Origin: Eledone cirrhosa | Taxonomy: Eukaryota | Assembly (NCBI GenBank): GCA_964016885.1 | Contig: OZ024741.1 | Location: 385,082,001-385,146,000, forward strand | Direction of reading: 5' to 3' | Length of the DNA stretch: 64,000 bases | Shown here: positions 36,301 to 48,728 of the stretch, piece by piece | How the letters are laid out: every line of letters starts with the position of its first letter | How positions within the stretch are numbered: the stretch's first letter is position 1 | The notes under the pieces: generated by a model | Told to the model about the DNA's origin: nothing | Seen by the model: the letters and a program-made list of their open reading frames with translations, nothing else | Databases searched by the model: none | Position numbers and translations under genes: made by a program

Positions 36301-38077
36301 CACACACATACAACATCCACACACATACACCATCCACACACATACAACATCCACACACATACACCATCCACACACATACACCATCCACACACATACACCA
36401 TCCACACACATATGACATCCACACACATACAATATCCACACACATACAACATCCACACACATACACCATCCACACACATATAACATCCCCACACATACAC
36501 CATCCACACACATATAACATCCACACACATACAACATCCACACACATACAACATCCACACACATACACCATCCACACACATACAACATCCACACATATAC
36601 ACCATCCACACACATACAACATCCACACACATACACCATCCACACACATACAACATCCACACTCATATAACATCCACACACATACACCATCCACACACAT
36701 ACACCATCCACACACATACACCATCCACACACATACACCATCCACACACATACAACATCCACACACATACAACATCCACACATATACACCATCCACACAC
36801 ATACAACATCCACACACATACACCATCCACACACATACACTATCCACACACATACACCATCCACACACATACACCATCCACACACATACACAATCCACAC
36901 ACATACACCATCCACACACATACAACATCCACACACATACACCATTCACACACATACACCATCCACACACATACACCATCCACACACATACACCATCCAC
37001 ACCCATACACCATCCACACACATACACCATCCACACACATACAACATACACACGCATATAACATCCACACACACAACATCCACACACATACAACATCTAC
37101 ACACATACACCATCCACACACATACACCATCCACACACATCCAACATCTACACACATACAACATCCACACACATACACCATCCACACACATACACCATCC
37201 ACACACATACAACATCCACACACATACACCATCCACACACATACACCATCCACACACATACAACATCCACACTCATATAACATCCACACACATACAACAT
37301 CCACACACATACACTATCCACACACATACACCATCCACACACATACCACATCCATACACATACACCATCCACACACATATACCATCCCCACACATACACC
37401 ATCCACACACATACAATGTCGATACACAGAAAACACGTACTCACAGACACATACGCAACAATTGATATATATATATATACATCTCACTCAATCACCCCCC
37501 CTCCCCCTGCCGCCCACACATATAAATGCTGATGCGGCGGCGGGCGAAGTGAATTGTCATAATATATTTGCAATGTAATATGTTCCAGGTAAACGAGTCT
37601 ATAGAGCGAATGGTGTCGAATGTCTTAACTCCGGGTTATTCTCTGCTGGTCATTCGATCTACCGATCTGATATAGGGATATGCATGCTAATAATGTGTAT
37701 GGCATGGGCAGCTGTGCTTCTATATAATGGTATCAATACGGTCTTCTATTACGACATCCTGTTAGACAAATTGCTTCACCGCATGTAACTTTTCATGTCA
37801 GTCGATTCAATTCTAGAAGTTTCTATTAATGCATGTGTGTCCTTTGAAAAGTCGATATGCTCTGCTCTGTATATTAGGAACAGTAGCTATAGTGTTAGGA
37901 TACATACTCACATATAGATAGATACATACATACATTAATACATACATGCATACGTACATACATACATATAGATACATACATACGTACATACATACATACA
38001 TACATACATACATACATACATGCATACGTACATACATACATACATATAGATACATACATACATACATACATACATAC

Positions 38078-38684
38078 ATGGTGGCTGCCAACTCGTTTTC
38101 GAGTACGGCCACTACTTTATATCCATGTAGGAGAACGCCTACCGATGCGCTGACGAGTGTGACTTTTTAGTCCAGCCAGCGACTTGAAAACTCTGGTACA
38201 AACACTACACTTGTGACAATTATTGACACAGTGCTGGGCCCATTGTACCATGTGACGACAAGTGCAGAGAGATCTCCAGATACAAAGCAATGCCTGTGCC
38301 GTGAAGCTTTTATAGTGGGCAAAGGCACTGCACAAAGCCAGTCCCACTCTCTTAACCAAGATGATATTTACCAAAAAGAAGAACAAGTCAACATCATTGG
38401 ATACCATCAGGGTTGCAGGTGTTATATCAGAGTTTTCCTTCTCCTAGAATTCTGCCCTGACAAAGGCTAAGGGGTCATCTCTCCCGGTGATTTTGGATGG
38501 CCATTGACTCTTAAGAGCTCCTTTGCCCTTTGACAGGTTTTGATTTTAGTTCTGCAGGATGTCCAAAGTCACCCTCCTCACCAAGAAACCTTGGTGGGGT
38601 TGCCAGTTTAGTCGCCAACGACCCGACCATGGGACAGGTTTTACTGGGATACATGTTACCAGTAGCACCAATTGGTGACCTGAC
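38078..38684 (-). mobile_element. Non-autonomous RTE-derived element copy 1 (5' UTR fused to 3' C2H2-type end), (TGTA)n tail
   Basis: Minus strand carries CTAGGAGAAGGAAAACTCTGA (38427-38447), a motif I recall from RTE 5' UTRs, then C-terminal CSVCTRVFKSLAGLKSH. No RT; flanked by (TACA)n. Confidence 0.65.
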
Positions 38685-38729
38685 ATACATACATACATAC
38701 ATACATACATACATACATACATACATACA

Positions 38730-38759
<30 letters not shown>

Positions 38760-38760
<1 letters not shown>

Positions 38761-38998
38761 GGAGCTACGGATTATATACCAACCTGCTTGGACCAAAGTA
38801 TGACTGAACTTGGATTTGCGGACAAAGAGCGCAGCTCCCTAATCCATAGTCTACAAATGGATGCGACAGCTTGCACCTTCAAAATTTGCAAAACAATCTT
38901 GCGATTCAAGGGATGACAATTTCTTTTCTTTTCCAACCTTGCCACCAGGAAGGTGGCCGGTCAAAAAAATATATTCGAAATTAAGAGAAAGAGATAAC
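38760..38998 (+). mobile_element. 3' fragment of an RLE-type non-LTR retrotransposon (R4/Dong-like, tentative) in (TACA)n
   Basis: GATDYIPTCLDQSMTELGF...LIHSLQMDATACTFKICKTILRF* resembles the GAxG...L..LGF...LQ......KI C-terminus of R4/Dong ORFs; short 3' UTR follows. Confidence 0.5.
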
Positions 38999-39188
38999 AT
39001 ACATACATACATACATACATACATACATACATACATACATACATACATACATACATACATACAGATACATACATACATACATACATACATACATACATAC
39101 ATACATACATACGTACATACATATAGATACATACGTACATACATACATTCATACGTACGTACATGCATACATATAGATAGATAGATAC

Positions 39189-39798
39189 ATGGTGGCTGCC
39201 AACTCGTTTTCGAGTACGGCTACCACTTTATATCCATGTAGGAGAACCCCTACCGATGCGCTGAACGAGTGTGACTTTTTAGTCCAGCCAGCGACTTGAA
39301 AACTCTGGTACAAACACTACACTTGTGACAATTATTGACACATAGTGCTTTACCTTTGGTACCATGTGACGACAAGTGCAGAGAGATCTCCAGATACAAA
39401 GCAATGCCTGTGCCGTGAAGCTTTTATAGTGAGCAAAGGCACTGCACAAAGCCAGTCCCACTCTCTTAACCAAGATGATATTTACCAAAAAGAAGAACAA
39501 GTCAACATCATTGGATACCATCAGGGTTGCAGGTGTTATATCAGAGTTTTCCTTCTCCTAGAATTCTGCCTTGACAAAGGCTAAGGGGTCATCTCTCCCA
39601 GTGATTTTGGATGGCCATTGACTCTTAAGAGCTCCTTTGCCTTTTGACAGGTTTTGTTTTTAGTCCTGCAGGATGTTCAAAGTCACCCTCCTCACCAAGA
39701 AACCTTGGTGGGGTTGCCAGTTTAGTCGCCAACGACCCGACCATAAGACAGGTTGTACTGGGATACATGTTACCAGTAGCACCAACTGGTGACCTGAC
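39189..39798 (-). mobile_element. Non-autonomous RTE-derived element copy 2
   Basis: Collinear, highly similar copy of 38078-38684 with the same 5' and 3' ends. Confidence 0.65.
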
Positions 39799-40309
39799 AT
39801 AAGATAGATACATACATACATTAATACATACATGCATACGTACATACATACATATAGATACATACATACATACATACATACATTCATACATACCTACATA
39901 CATACATATAGATAGATAGATAGATACATACATACATACATTCATACATGCATACGTACATACATACATATAGATAGATAGATAGATACGTACATACGTA
40001 CATTCATACATACATTCATACATACATACGTACATATATACATATAGATAGATAGATACATACATACATACATATAGATAGATAGATAGATACATACATA
40101 TATACATACACACATACATACATATATGCTTATGTATTTGTACATGTGTATATGTGCGTGTATCTATATAGATTGATTCAAATACAAATGTATATGTATA
40201 TGTAAGAATATATACACGCGTGTTTGCACCACACACGTACGCACACATTATACACTTAAATTACGTTTTACTGACATTCCATTAATGTGTCTGTGTATAT
40301 ATATATACA

Positions 40310-40545
<236 letters not shown>

Positions 40546-40743
40546 ATAAAGAAAACGAAAAATCAGTGATGCATCTGGACTCAATTTATTGCGTGTTACA
40601 ATTGTTTCGCCGGCATATATATTACATACACACATGTGTACATACGCACATGTGAACGCACACACACACATGTGTACATACGCACATGTGAACGCACACA
40701 CACACATATATATATATATACATACATTCACACACAGACACAC

Positions 40744-40805
<62 letters not shown>

Positions 40806-41279
40806 ATACGCACACACATAAACACATGAATATATTTAGATTTTGTGTGTAACCACTCTTTATAGAGGAGAATGTAGTGCTAGGAAGTTAAATTCTAGTA
40901 GACACTAATTTTGGCCTTGACTGACAGTACAGTACTTCATGCCTTAAGATATTATGTAAAATATCTTTAATAATGTTTAAATTGGAATTATCAATACTCT
41001 TCAACGGAAGAAATATTTGCAGTGTCAAATATATGAACTAACTCGGCTAGCTTTATTCGATGTTTTTCTATTCCTTAAAGAGGAATCTCATGACAGTAGA
41101 CGGATTTAATCTATCAACACTATAGCTTTATTACTTCTGTATGATTGAAACCAGCCAATATTTCTTCTGTCTTTCAATTAAAGAATTCTTTCAATTTCGG
41201 GAATGAACGATAAATCATTACATGCCTTAAGATGCTATTCAGAAGCAAGGTGACGTACTAAAAAAACAACAAAACTGTC

Positions 41280-41543
41280 TTGAGCCCGGGTGCTCATCAG
41301 GCACGTTCTTATCCCGGTCCCCGTAGTGTGAAGCGACTGAGAGTACATGACTTCCCCCTGGACAGGACGCTAGTCAATCACAGGTTTAATTTCCTAGCTA
41401 CTGCTGATACTCGTTTTCAGCTGAATATACTAAAGCAACATGAAATGAAGTGTTTTGCTTAAGAACACAACCCAGTCCAGGAATTGAACCTATGACGTTA
41501 TGATCGTAAGTTCAACACATTTTTCAGTAAGTCACGCGCCTCC
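41280..41543 (-). mobile_element. tRNA-derived SINE
   Basis: Minus strand GGAGGCGCGTGAC..., B-box-like GGTTCAATTCC (41480-41490), then TTGTGTTCTTAAGCAAAACACTTCA and GACTAGCGTCCTGTCCAGGGG, typical of conserved-domain SINEs. Confidence 0.75.
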
Positions 41544-42250
41544 AATAAAACCTCGTCTCAGCTAATAATCTGAAATAGTTTTAAAATAAATTGTTTTGCT
41601 CAGAAAAATCCTGAGCGGAATTGAATTCACGATGAATCTGTCAGCAGTTAACCACCTTATCCATTTCGTGATTTTACCTCTTACAACAATATTTATTACT
41701 GTTTCCTAAACTGCATCTCTTTTCAGTTAAAAGTTTTCCACAAAGTGTATTGATGTTTTCTTCGTGTGTCATAGAATTTACTCCAGCTATTGTTCACCAA
41801 AATAGATATTTAACTTCCTAATAATAGAGAAAATGTATCTACGTGTATATGTGTATATGTCTATATATACTGGTGTTTATTGCCTTTTAAAACCGAGATG
41901 TTTTCCTACTCCTCGGTTTAGGTGAGAATTTTCAAAGATTGCCCACAGTGGAATATCTCAAATTTCGATCAGAAAGCCACAAACAGAAATACTGCCTGTA
42001 ATAAAGGATATAGTAAATAGATGTCTAATCTTGTGGGCTTAATACCTCCTCGTCTATTCTCGTTTTCCGCTCACCTGGGTGATACTTCAATACTTTGAGG
42101 TCACAAGAAACATTCACTCTTTTCAAGCATGACTCCTATTTTAACGTACTGAATAGATACACATAGATCTCCTCCCCCTCTCTCTTTCTCTCTCATCTCT
42201 CTTTCCCGCTAACGCTCCAAGTACGCACACATAAACTCACCGACACTGAT

Positions 42251-42256
42251 ACACAC

Positions 42257-42347
<91 letters not shown>

Positions 42348-42640
42348 CACACACACACACGCACGCACACACGCACGCACACACACACACGCACACACAC
42401 ACACGCGCACACACACACGCGCACACACACACACGCACACACACGCACATACACACACACACAGACACGACACACACACACGCACACATACACACGCGCG
42501 AACACACACACGCACACACACGCACATACACACACACACACAGACACGACACACACACACGCACACATACACACACGCGCACACACACACGCGCACACAC
42601 ACACAGACGCGCACACACACACACACAGACAGATACACAC
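42251..42640. repeat. (CA)n / (CACG) compound microsatellite
   Basis: Direct reading. Confidence 0.95.
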
Positions 42641-42894
42641 ATAGAAGTAATTTTACTCGAGTAGATATTAGTTGGGGGAATTTTTTTCATGCAACAAAAT
42701 ACTTTATTTTTTCAGGTGGCGTCATCAATTGTGAATGTGATCCATATCCACCATGAAACAGTACTCCACCTAGCTTTTCACACATCCACCCCCGCATCCA
42801 CCACACCCACACACACATACACACACATAATATATATATATAGAACAAGGTCAACTGTGTTGGAAATGATTGATTCCATAGATGTTTTGAGAAC

Positions 42895-43113
42895 TAATAA
42901 TAATTAATTCTACTATAGGCACAAGGCCAGCAATTTTGATCGAGCGGACAATTAATTAAATCGGCCCCAGTGCATTACTGGTACTTCATTTTGTCGACCC
43001 CGTTAGGATGAAAGGCAAAGCTAATCACGGTGGGATTTTAACTCAGAGCGTAAAGGGACGTAACTCTATGCTGCGAAGCATGGTGTCCGATGCTCTACCG
43101 ATACAGCCAATCC
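42895..43113 (-). mobile_element. tRNA-derived SINE resembling Octopus OK/OR-type SINEs, (TTA)n tail
   Basis: Minus strand TCTGAGTTAAAATCCCACCG, CTTTGCCTTTCATCCTAACGGGGTCGACAAAATGAAGTACCAGT, CACTGGGGCCGAT, GGCCTTGTGCCTATAGTAGAA; similarity is from recall of cephalopod SINEs. Confidence 0.75.
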
Positions 43114-44092
43114 AATAATAACCGCAAGATAGACTGGGAATGTTGAAGTGGAGTATCAGTAGCAATAAAACCTTCAGATTCAAGTTTATAAAACTGATTT
43201 ATCAAAACCTGGTGTAAATAAGGAAAGGCATAACGACTAAGCTGTTTTTGAAAGCAAATGACTCAAGGACAAATGGTTGAATAATTAGCATCCTTAGCTG
43301 TTGATTAGGAAATATCACTTGGAATCCTGATTGATTTTCGCTTTTACTGTTTTCCCTTCAGATACTTCCCTTTGATCTAAGCCAAGAAGCGATTCTGTCC
43401 TTCAGTAATTACTGAATTCAAAATACTTTTTATCCTTCAGCAATTCCCGCGTTCAAACTTACTTTAAAATACATATTGCTTATATAAAAATCAAACAAAA
43501 GGAAACAAAACAGAAACAAACAGCAACAAAAATAAGATGTTCAGTTGATTAATGGTTATCATTGGGAATAAACACATGAAGAGGGATGGGATCCTACAGG
43601 CTTAAAATACTCAAGAAACGCCATACATCAATACGGCGCCCCTACGACTCTAACAGGAGTTACGTGACCATACATACACATTATATAATATACATGTATA
43701 TTATATTATTAAATCCAATAGGCCCTTTAAGACGTATTTCTCAATGAAAAATTTCTCTTAGTCTGTTTGGTAATAGAAGTACAAACCGGATACAAGTGAA
43801 TACGTAATATTCTTAAGAAATAACTTATAGTAATCGAATTCACCTTAATTTTATGTAGTTCTATAGTTCTCTGTATATCTATTGTTAAGTCAACAAATAT
43901 ATCTAATAATAATAAAAAAACATTATCCATTGTCTTTATCTGTGTCTCCATACTCCCACCTTTATCTTATAGATGCAATATCACAGACACCTTTTTATTA
44001 AATACTAAAACAATAAAGTACACATATATTTAGAATACATATGAATCTGGAGGTAATATATTTAATAGGTGTATGATTTCTCTCTCTCTCTC

Positions 44093-44364
<272 letters not shown>

Positions 44365-44372
44365 TATATATA

Positions 44373-44636
<264 letters not shown>

Positions 44637-44700
44637 TATATATATATATATATATATGACGAAACATAAGTCAATTGCATGAACTCATAATCCTTTATTT

Positions 44701-44754
44701 ACTGCTATATATATTTCGATGATAACCATTGAATGGCTATCCTCATCAGACAGT
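44701..44754 (-). ncRNA. Type I hammerhead ribozyme (insert ~44658-44818 in (TA)n)
   Basis: Minus: ACTGT-CTGATGA-G-GATAGCCATT-C-AATGGTTATC-ATC-GAAA-TATATA-TA-GCAGT, followed by AATAAA. Confidence 0.85.
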
Positions 44755-44813
44755 TAGTCAGTTCTTAGATATGCCAGCTCTGTGTTTATAGTGTTGATGG
44801 TATCAGAGCATTG

Positions 44814-44857
<44 letters not shown>

Positions 44858-44881
44858 CGTACATATATATATGTATTGAGT

Positions 44882-44934
44882 ACAGAATTAGCCGTTGAAA
44901 CGGCTTGAGCTCAGCCGTCGGGGTCTTATTTGTT

Positions 44935-44938
<4 letters not shown>
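44882..44938 (+). mobile_element. Family X copy 3 (single tail-less arm)
   Basis: TAGCCGTTGAAACGGCTTGAGCTCAGCCGTCGGGG...TTCCTA followed by (TA)n. Confidence 0.75.
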
Positions 44939-44996
<58 letters not shown>

Positions 44997-45044
44997 AAAT
45001 GTGAGACAGAGGGAGGAGGGAGAGAGACAGTGAAAGAGAGTATA

Positions 45045-45100
<56 letters not shown>

Positions 45101-45225
45101 CGATAGCACTGATACAGCGTACGTTCAGAATAGAAGCTTATATGCATCCATATACAATATGTTTATGCTTAATAAACATGTATATAGTCGCACTGTGATC
45201 ATATTACATCGATCTCAGTTCAGGA

Positions 45226-45280
45226 GTAAGAGCTCTGTATACATGTATTTCAGAATTATTATTCATCATCAGTTGCTTAC
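45226..45280 (-). ncRNA. Hammerhead ribozyme core, weak stem I (insert ~45097-45360)
   Basis: Minus: CTGATGA-T-GAAT-AATA-ATTC-T-GAAA-TACATGTA-TA. Palindromic stem III; proximal stem I mismatched. Confidence 0.6.
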
Positions 45281-45410
45281 TTACTCCAAGTTACTGAGAT
45301 ATGAAAGACTTGAAAATATAGAGTTTGTAAACAATCTATTTCATTGAAAACTTTTTGGCGTATATATATATACATACATACATACCTACATACATACATA
45401 CATACATGCA

Positions 45411-45497
<87 letters not shown>

Positions 45498-45502
<5 letters not shown>

Positions 45503-46258
45503 AGTATTTATGTATACGTACATACATATATGTATACAGACGTACAGTAGCATGCATATATATATATACACATATATACATACAGGTACACATATATGTA
45601 CGTATCAGTTTAGCGGACGCTTATTATAACGCCCGCTTTGTCGTTTGTAAACAAACTGACAGCCTGAATTTATGCCGTACGGTGTTAAGGCAACCACGTC
45701 ACCTTTTTGTTCAACACTGACACAGGAACGATGTACTAGTTTCAAGCTTGTTAGCTATCATCAGCACCGTATACCCTTCTGCCAGATGGTTGAACGTTCG
45801 AAAGTATATACTTTTCTTATGAAAATTAACGGCTGAGCAGCCTAATTTGCATATCGAGTAAGTTCAGTCGGCCAGGCGCACCGAAAACGATAAGTTGTAA
45901 TAAAATGAAAACGAAATTTCATTTCTCACTCTTAGTACTGCACTTACTTAAATGTAAGTATGTATGTATACGTACATGCATATATGTATACAAACGTACA
46001 GTAGCATGCATATATATATATATATATACACATATATACATACAGGTACACATACATATATGTACGTATCAGTTTAGCGGACGCTTATTATAACGCCCGC
46101 TTTGTCGTTTGTAAATAAACTGACAGCCTGAATTTATGCCGTACGGTGTTAAGGCAACCACGTCAGTGGTGTCAGTTTGTTTACAAACGACAAAGCGGCC
46201 GTCATAATAAGCGTCCGCTAAACTGATACGTACATATATGTATGTGTACCTGTATGTA

Positions 46259-46289
<31 letters not shown>

Positions 46290-46404
46290 GCATGCTACTG
46301 TACGTCTGTATACATATATGTATGTACGTATACATACATACTTACATTTAAGTAAGTGCCGTACTAAGAGTGAGAAATGAAATTTCCTTTTCATTTTATT
46401 ACAA

Positions 46405-46408
<4 letters not shown>
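45498..46408 (-). mobile_element. Non-coding retrozyme-like element: ~460-bp partial tandem unit + 5' inverted arm
   Basis: Direct repeat 45498-45701 / 45952-46165; inverted repeat 45891-46125 / 46170-46408; HHR at 45729-45769; no ORF. Confidence 0.8.
45729..45769 (-). ncRNA. Minimal type I hammerhead ribozyme
   Basis: Minus: CGGTG-CTGATGA-T-AGCT-AACA-AGCT-T-GAAA-CTAG-TA-CATCG. 5-bp stem I, palindromic stem III, GUA site. Confidence 0.85.
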
Positions 46409-46450
<42 letters not shown>

Positions 46451-46690
46451 AATATATATACATACATACTTTTATTTGAATCTTCATTTTTATTTTTCAC
46501 TTTTCATTTTCATTTTTCAGTTTACATTTTCATTTTTCATTACTTTTTCATTAATTTTTCATTTATTCTCTATTTATTATTTATTTTCTGTTTTCTTCAT
46601 TTTATTGCCTTCTATTTCTTCATATACATGGCAGGAGGGATGAAGAAACACACACACAGATACTTCTAAATTGTCAGCAGCAGCAAGACA

Positions 46691-47146
46691 TGAGCTGACC
46701 ACAACACCAACAACACTCCCAAAATAAGGGTAGAGGTCAGATGTACTTAACAATAGCAAACACAAACACTACCGGGAGCCTCACCCCAGAAAGAATTTCT
46801 ATAGACTTTGGACTGAGGAATGCTCTCAAAACTGACCAATGGGAAGAGTGCCCTTACAAATCTTTATAACATTGAGATGGGTATAACACACACACACACA
46901 TTTTATTCAATTATTTTATTTTATTTTATTTTATTTTGTTCCTTTACCATCTTATTCCTTCTACCACTTTATCATTTTTTTGAGCTGATCCAACAACAAC
47001 ACCACTACCAACATAAGGATAGAGGTCAGATGTACCTAACAATAACAAGAACAACAACTACAGATTGGCTTGCCTCAGAACGAATTTCTATAGACTTTTG
47101 ACTGAGGAATGTTCTAACAACTGACCAATGAGAGGAGAAGAGGCCC
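46691..47146. repeat. Diverged ~160-bp direct repeat pair
   Basis: 46691-46853 and 46981-47146 share TGAGCTGA, TAGAGGTCAGATGTAC, GAATTTCTATAGACTTT, GACTGAGGAATG, CTGACCAATG. Confidence 0.75.
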
Positions 47147-47293
47147 TTTGACGCTGAAATTCGTTTGTTTAAATTCATATGATTCCAGTTCCTCAGTGAA
47201 ATAACAACCCAACCAGGAACTGGGCATATCAGAGTATTGACAAAGTTATACACCTCAACAACATGTGTACTCGTCTCTACCACACTAATTCGG

Positions 47294-47348
47294 ACTGCCT
47301 GAAGAGGTCACAACCAAAGATGGCTGTCACCGAAATATATATAGCAGT
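47294..47348 (+). ncRNA. Type I hammerhead ribozyme
   Basis: ACTGC-CTGAAGA-GGT...ACC-GAAA-TATATA-TA-GCAGT. Perfect 5-bp stem I; AATAAA immediately after. Confidence 0.88.
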
Positions 47349-47530
47349 AATAAACGAAGCCAAATTTTAAACATTTGACTTATTTATTTTATTTTATTTT
47401 ATTTTACATTACTCCGGAGTAACCAAACCAACCTGCGTACTTCGTCGAGTGCTCCAATCTGCATACTGAGGTGTTGGTATACAACCAACATATACTCAAA
47501 ATTTACATACATACATATATATATATACAT

Positions 47531-47566
<36 letters not shown>

Positions 47567-47936
47567 CCTCATCGTCCGCAGCGCCTTATTCCTCAACCCC
47601 CTTACCTACCCCGGATCCCTTCCCTGCTCCCGAGCCCGCTGCTATCTCCGCCCCCTCCACACACACATATATACACACACACCTAGCCTTCCGCCATCCC
47701 CGCTCGGACTCTAATTTTCTTGATTTCCCCCACCCCTCCCTCTCCCATCTCCCCACCACCCACCCGTTACATACTTCCACACCCTTGTCATCCCGGACCC
47801 GTACACACCTCCCACAATTTTGTTTTTATTTATTTTGATTTTCATGTTTATTTTTATTTCTATTTCTATTTTTCCCGTCCTTTCATGTTCTTCCTGTTAA
47901 CTCCCCTCCTCACTCCCTCTCGAAGTTTCTCCCAAC

Positions 47937-47972
47937 TTTCCTGATGAAGGACTTATGTCCGAAACGTCGTAA
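47937..47972 (+). ncRNA. Minimal hammerhead ribozyme (tandem pair, first)
   Basis: TTTC-CTGATGA-A-GGAC-TTAT-GTCC-GAAA-CG-TC-GTAA. Confidence 0.75.
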
Positions 47973-48159
47973 CCTTCCCCACTCTCACCAAGCGCCAAGC
48001 TAATAACACTATGTACCACTGACTCCTGCGTTCGTTTGTTTGTCCTTTTGAACTTTTCCAAGAGATGTCAACATGAATGGACCTGTTATTTTTATCTAAA
48101 GGCATTGTTTTCCAATTCCAACCCGCCCGTCCTTTAAATCTATCTTATTTCTCATTCTT

Positions 48160-48195
48160 TCTTCTGATAAAGGACCAGCGTCCGAAACGTTAAGA
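48160..48195 (+). ncRNA. Minimal hammerhead ribozyme (tandem pair, second; G8>A)
   Basis: TCTT-CTGATAA-A-GGAC-CAGC-GTCC-GAAA-CG-TT-AAGA. Confidence 0.65.
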
Positions 48196-48428
48196 CTCTC
48201 TTCCTGCTATTTCAAGCGTTAACCTAATATATTCCTTCCATATACTGTACCGATTATGTTATTTCTGTTTACCATTTACATATATATATATTTTTTTTTT
48301 TTCAGCCCTATACCTTAACCTCATTTGCATATTCATCTTAATAATTTGAAATATTTTACTATCCAGGAAAAACTTGAACCGTTAAGATCTCATTCCTGGA
48401 TATGTCAATATTTATAAAACAAACTTTG

Positions 48429-48489
48429 TATTTTATCTGATGAGAGCGTACCAAAGTTTTGGTACCTTTGAAATATATATAATAGAATA
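48429..48489 (+). ncRNA. Type I hammerhead ribozyme
   Basis: TATTTTAT-CTGATGA-GAGC-GTACCAAA-GT-TTTGGTAC-CTTT-GAAA-TATATA-TA-ATAGAATA. 8-bp stem I; overlaps AATAAA. Confidence 0.82.
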
Positions 48490-48548
48490 AATATGGTTTT
48501 ATAAATATAGTTTCCATTTATTAATATCATTGCATATATATATATAAC

Positions 48549-48728
48549 TAGGAAAAGAGTCAGGACCCCGACGGCTGAGCTCCGCAGGTTTCGTTCGGAT
48601 CTAGCTGTCGAAACGGCCGGAGCTCAGCCGCCGGGGTCCTGAATCTTTTCCTATTAGCTACTCTACTACCCTAAGTATCGAGTACTCTGGTGCGTTATGG
48701 TCCACCTGGTACCTTACCACACCTTCTT

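Larger units (their letters stand above)
6135..37430. repeat. 17-bp tandem satellite/minisatellite array, consensus CATCCACACACATACAC (variants ...ACAA, CCCTCC, CATCTA, CGTCTA), roughly 1,800 units
   Basis: Continuous 17-nt periodicity, with strong C/A versus G/T strand asymmetry. Explains the His/Thr-rich and Cys/Val-rich pseudo-ORFs. Confidence 0.97.

Noticed and set aside
6135-37430. CRISPR-like array or telomeric repeat
   Set aside because: No unique spacers and no cas genes. The unit is not TTAGGG-like, the array is interstitial, and resemblance to yeast telomeric/Rap1 sites is only compositional.
5841-37450. Long His/Thr-rich (+) and Cys/Val-rich (-) ORFs up to 806 aa
   Set aside because: They are translations of a 17-bp satellite lacking stop codons; all frames give the same peptide and units contain frame-breaking indels.
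38150-38205. CTGACGA...GAAA on the plus strand as a hammerhead
   Set aside because: No stem I or III; it is antisense to the zinc-finger remnant and is disrupted in the second copy.
41285-41305. CTGATGA on the minus strand as a hammerhead
   Set aside because: Lies in the SINE 3' region; no GAAA/stem III/NUH follows.
41450-41543. tRNA gene
   Set aside because: Only a degenerate tRNA-like SINE head; no complete cloverleaf.
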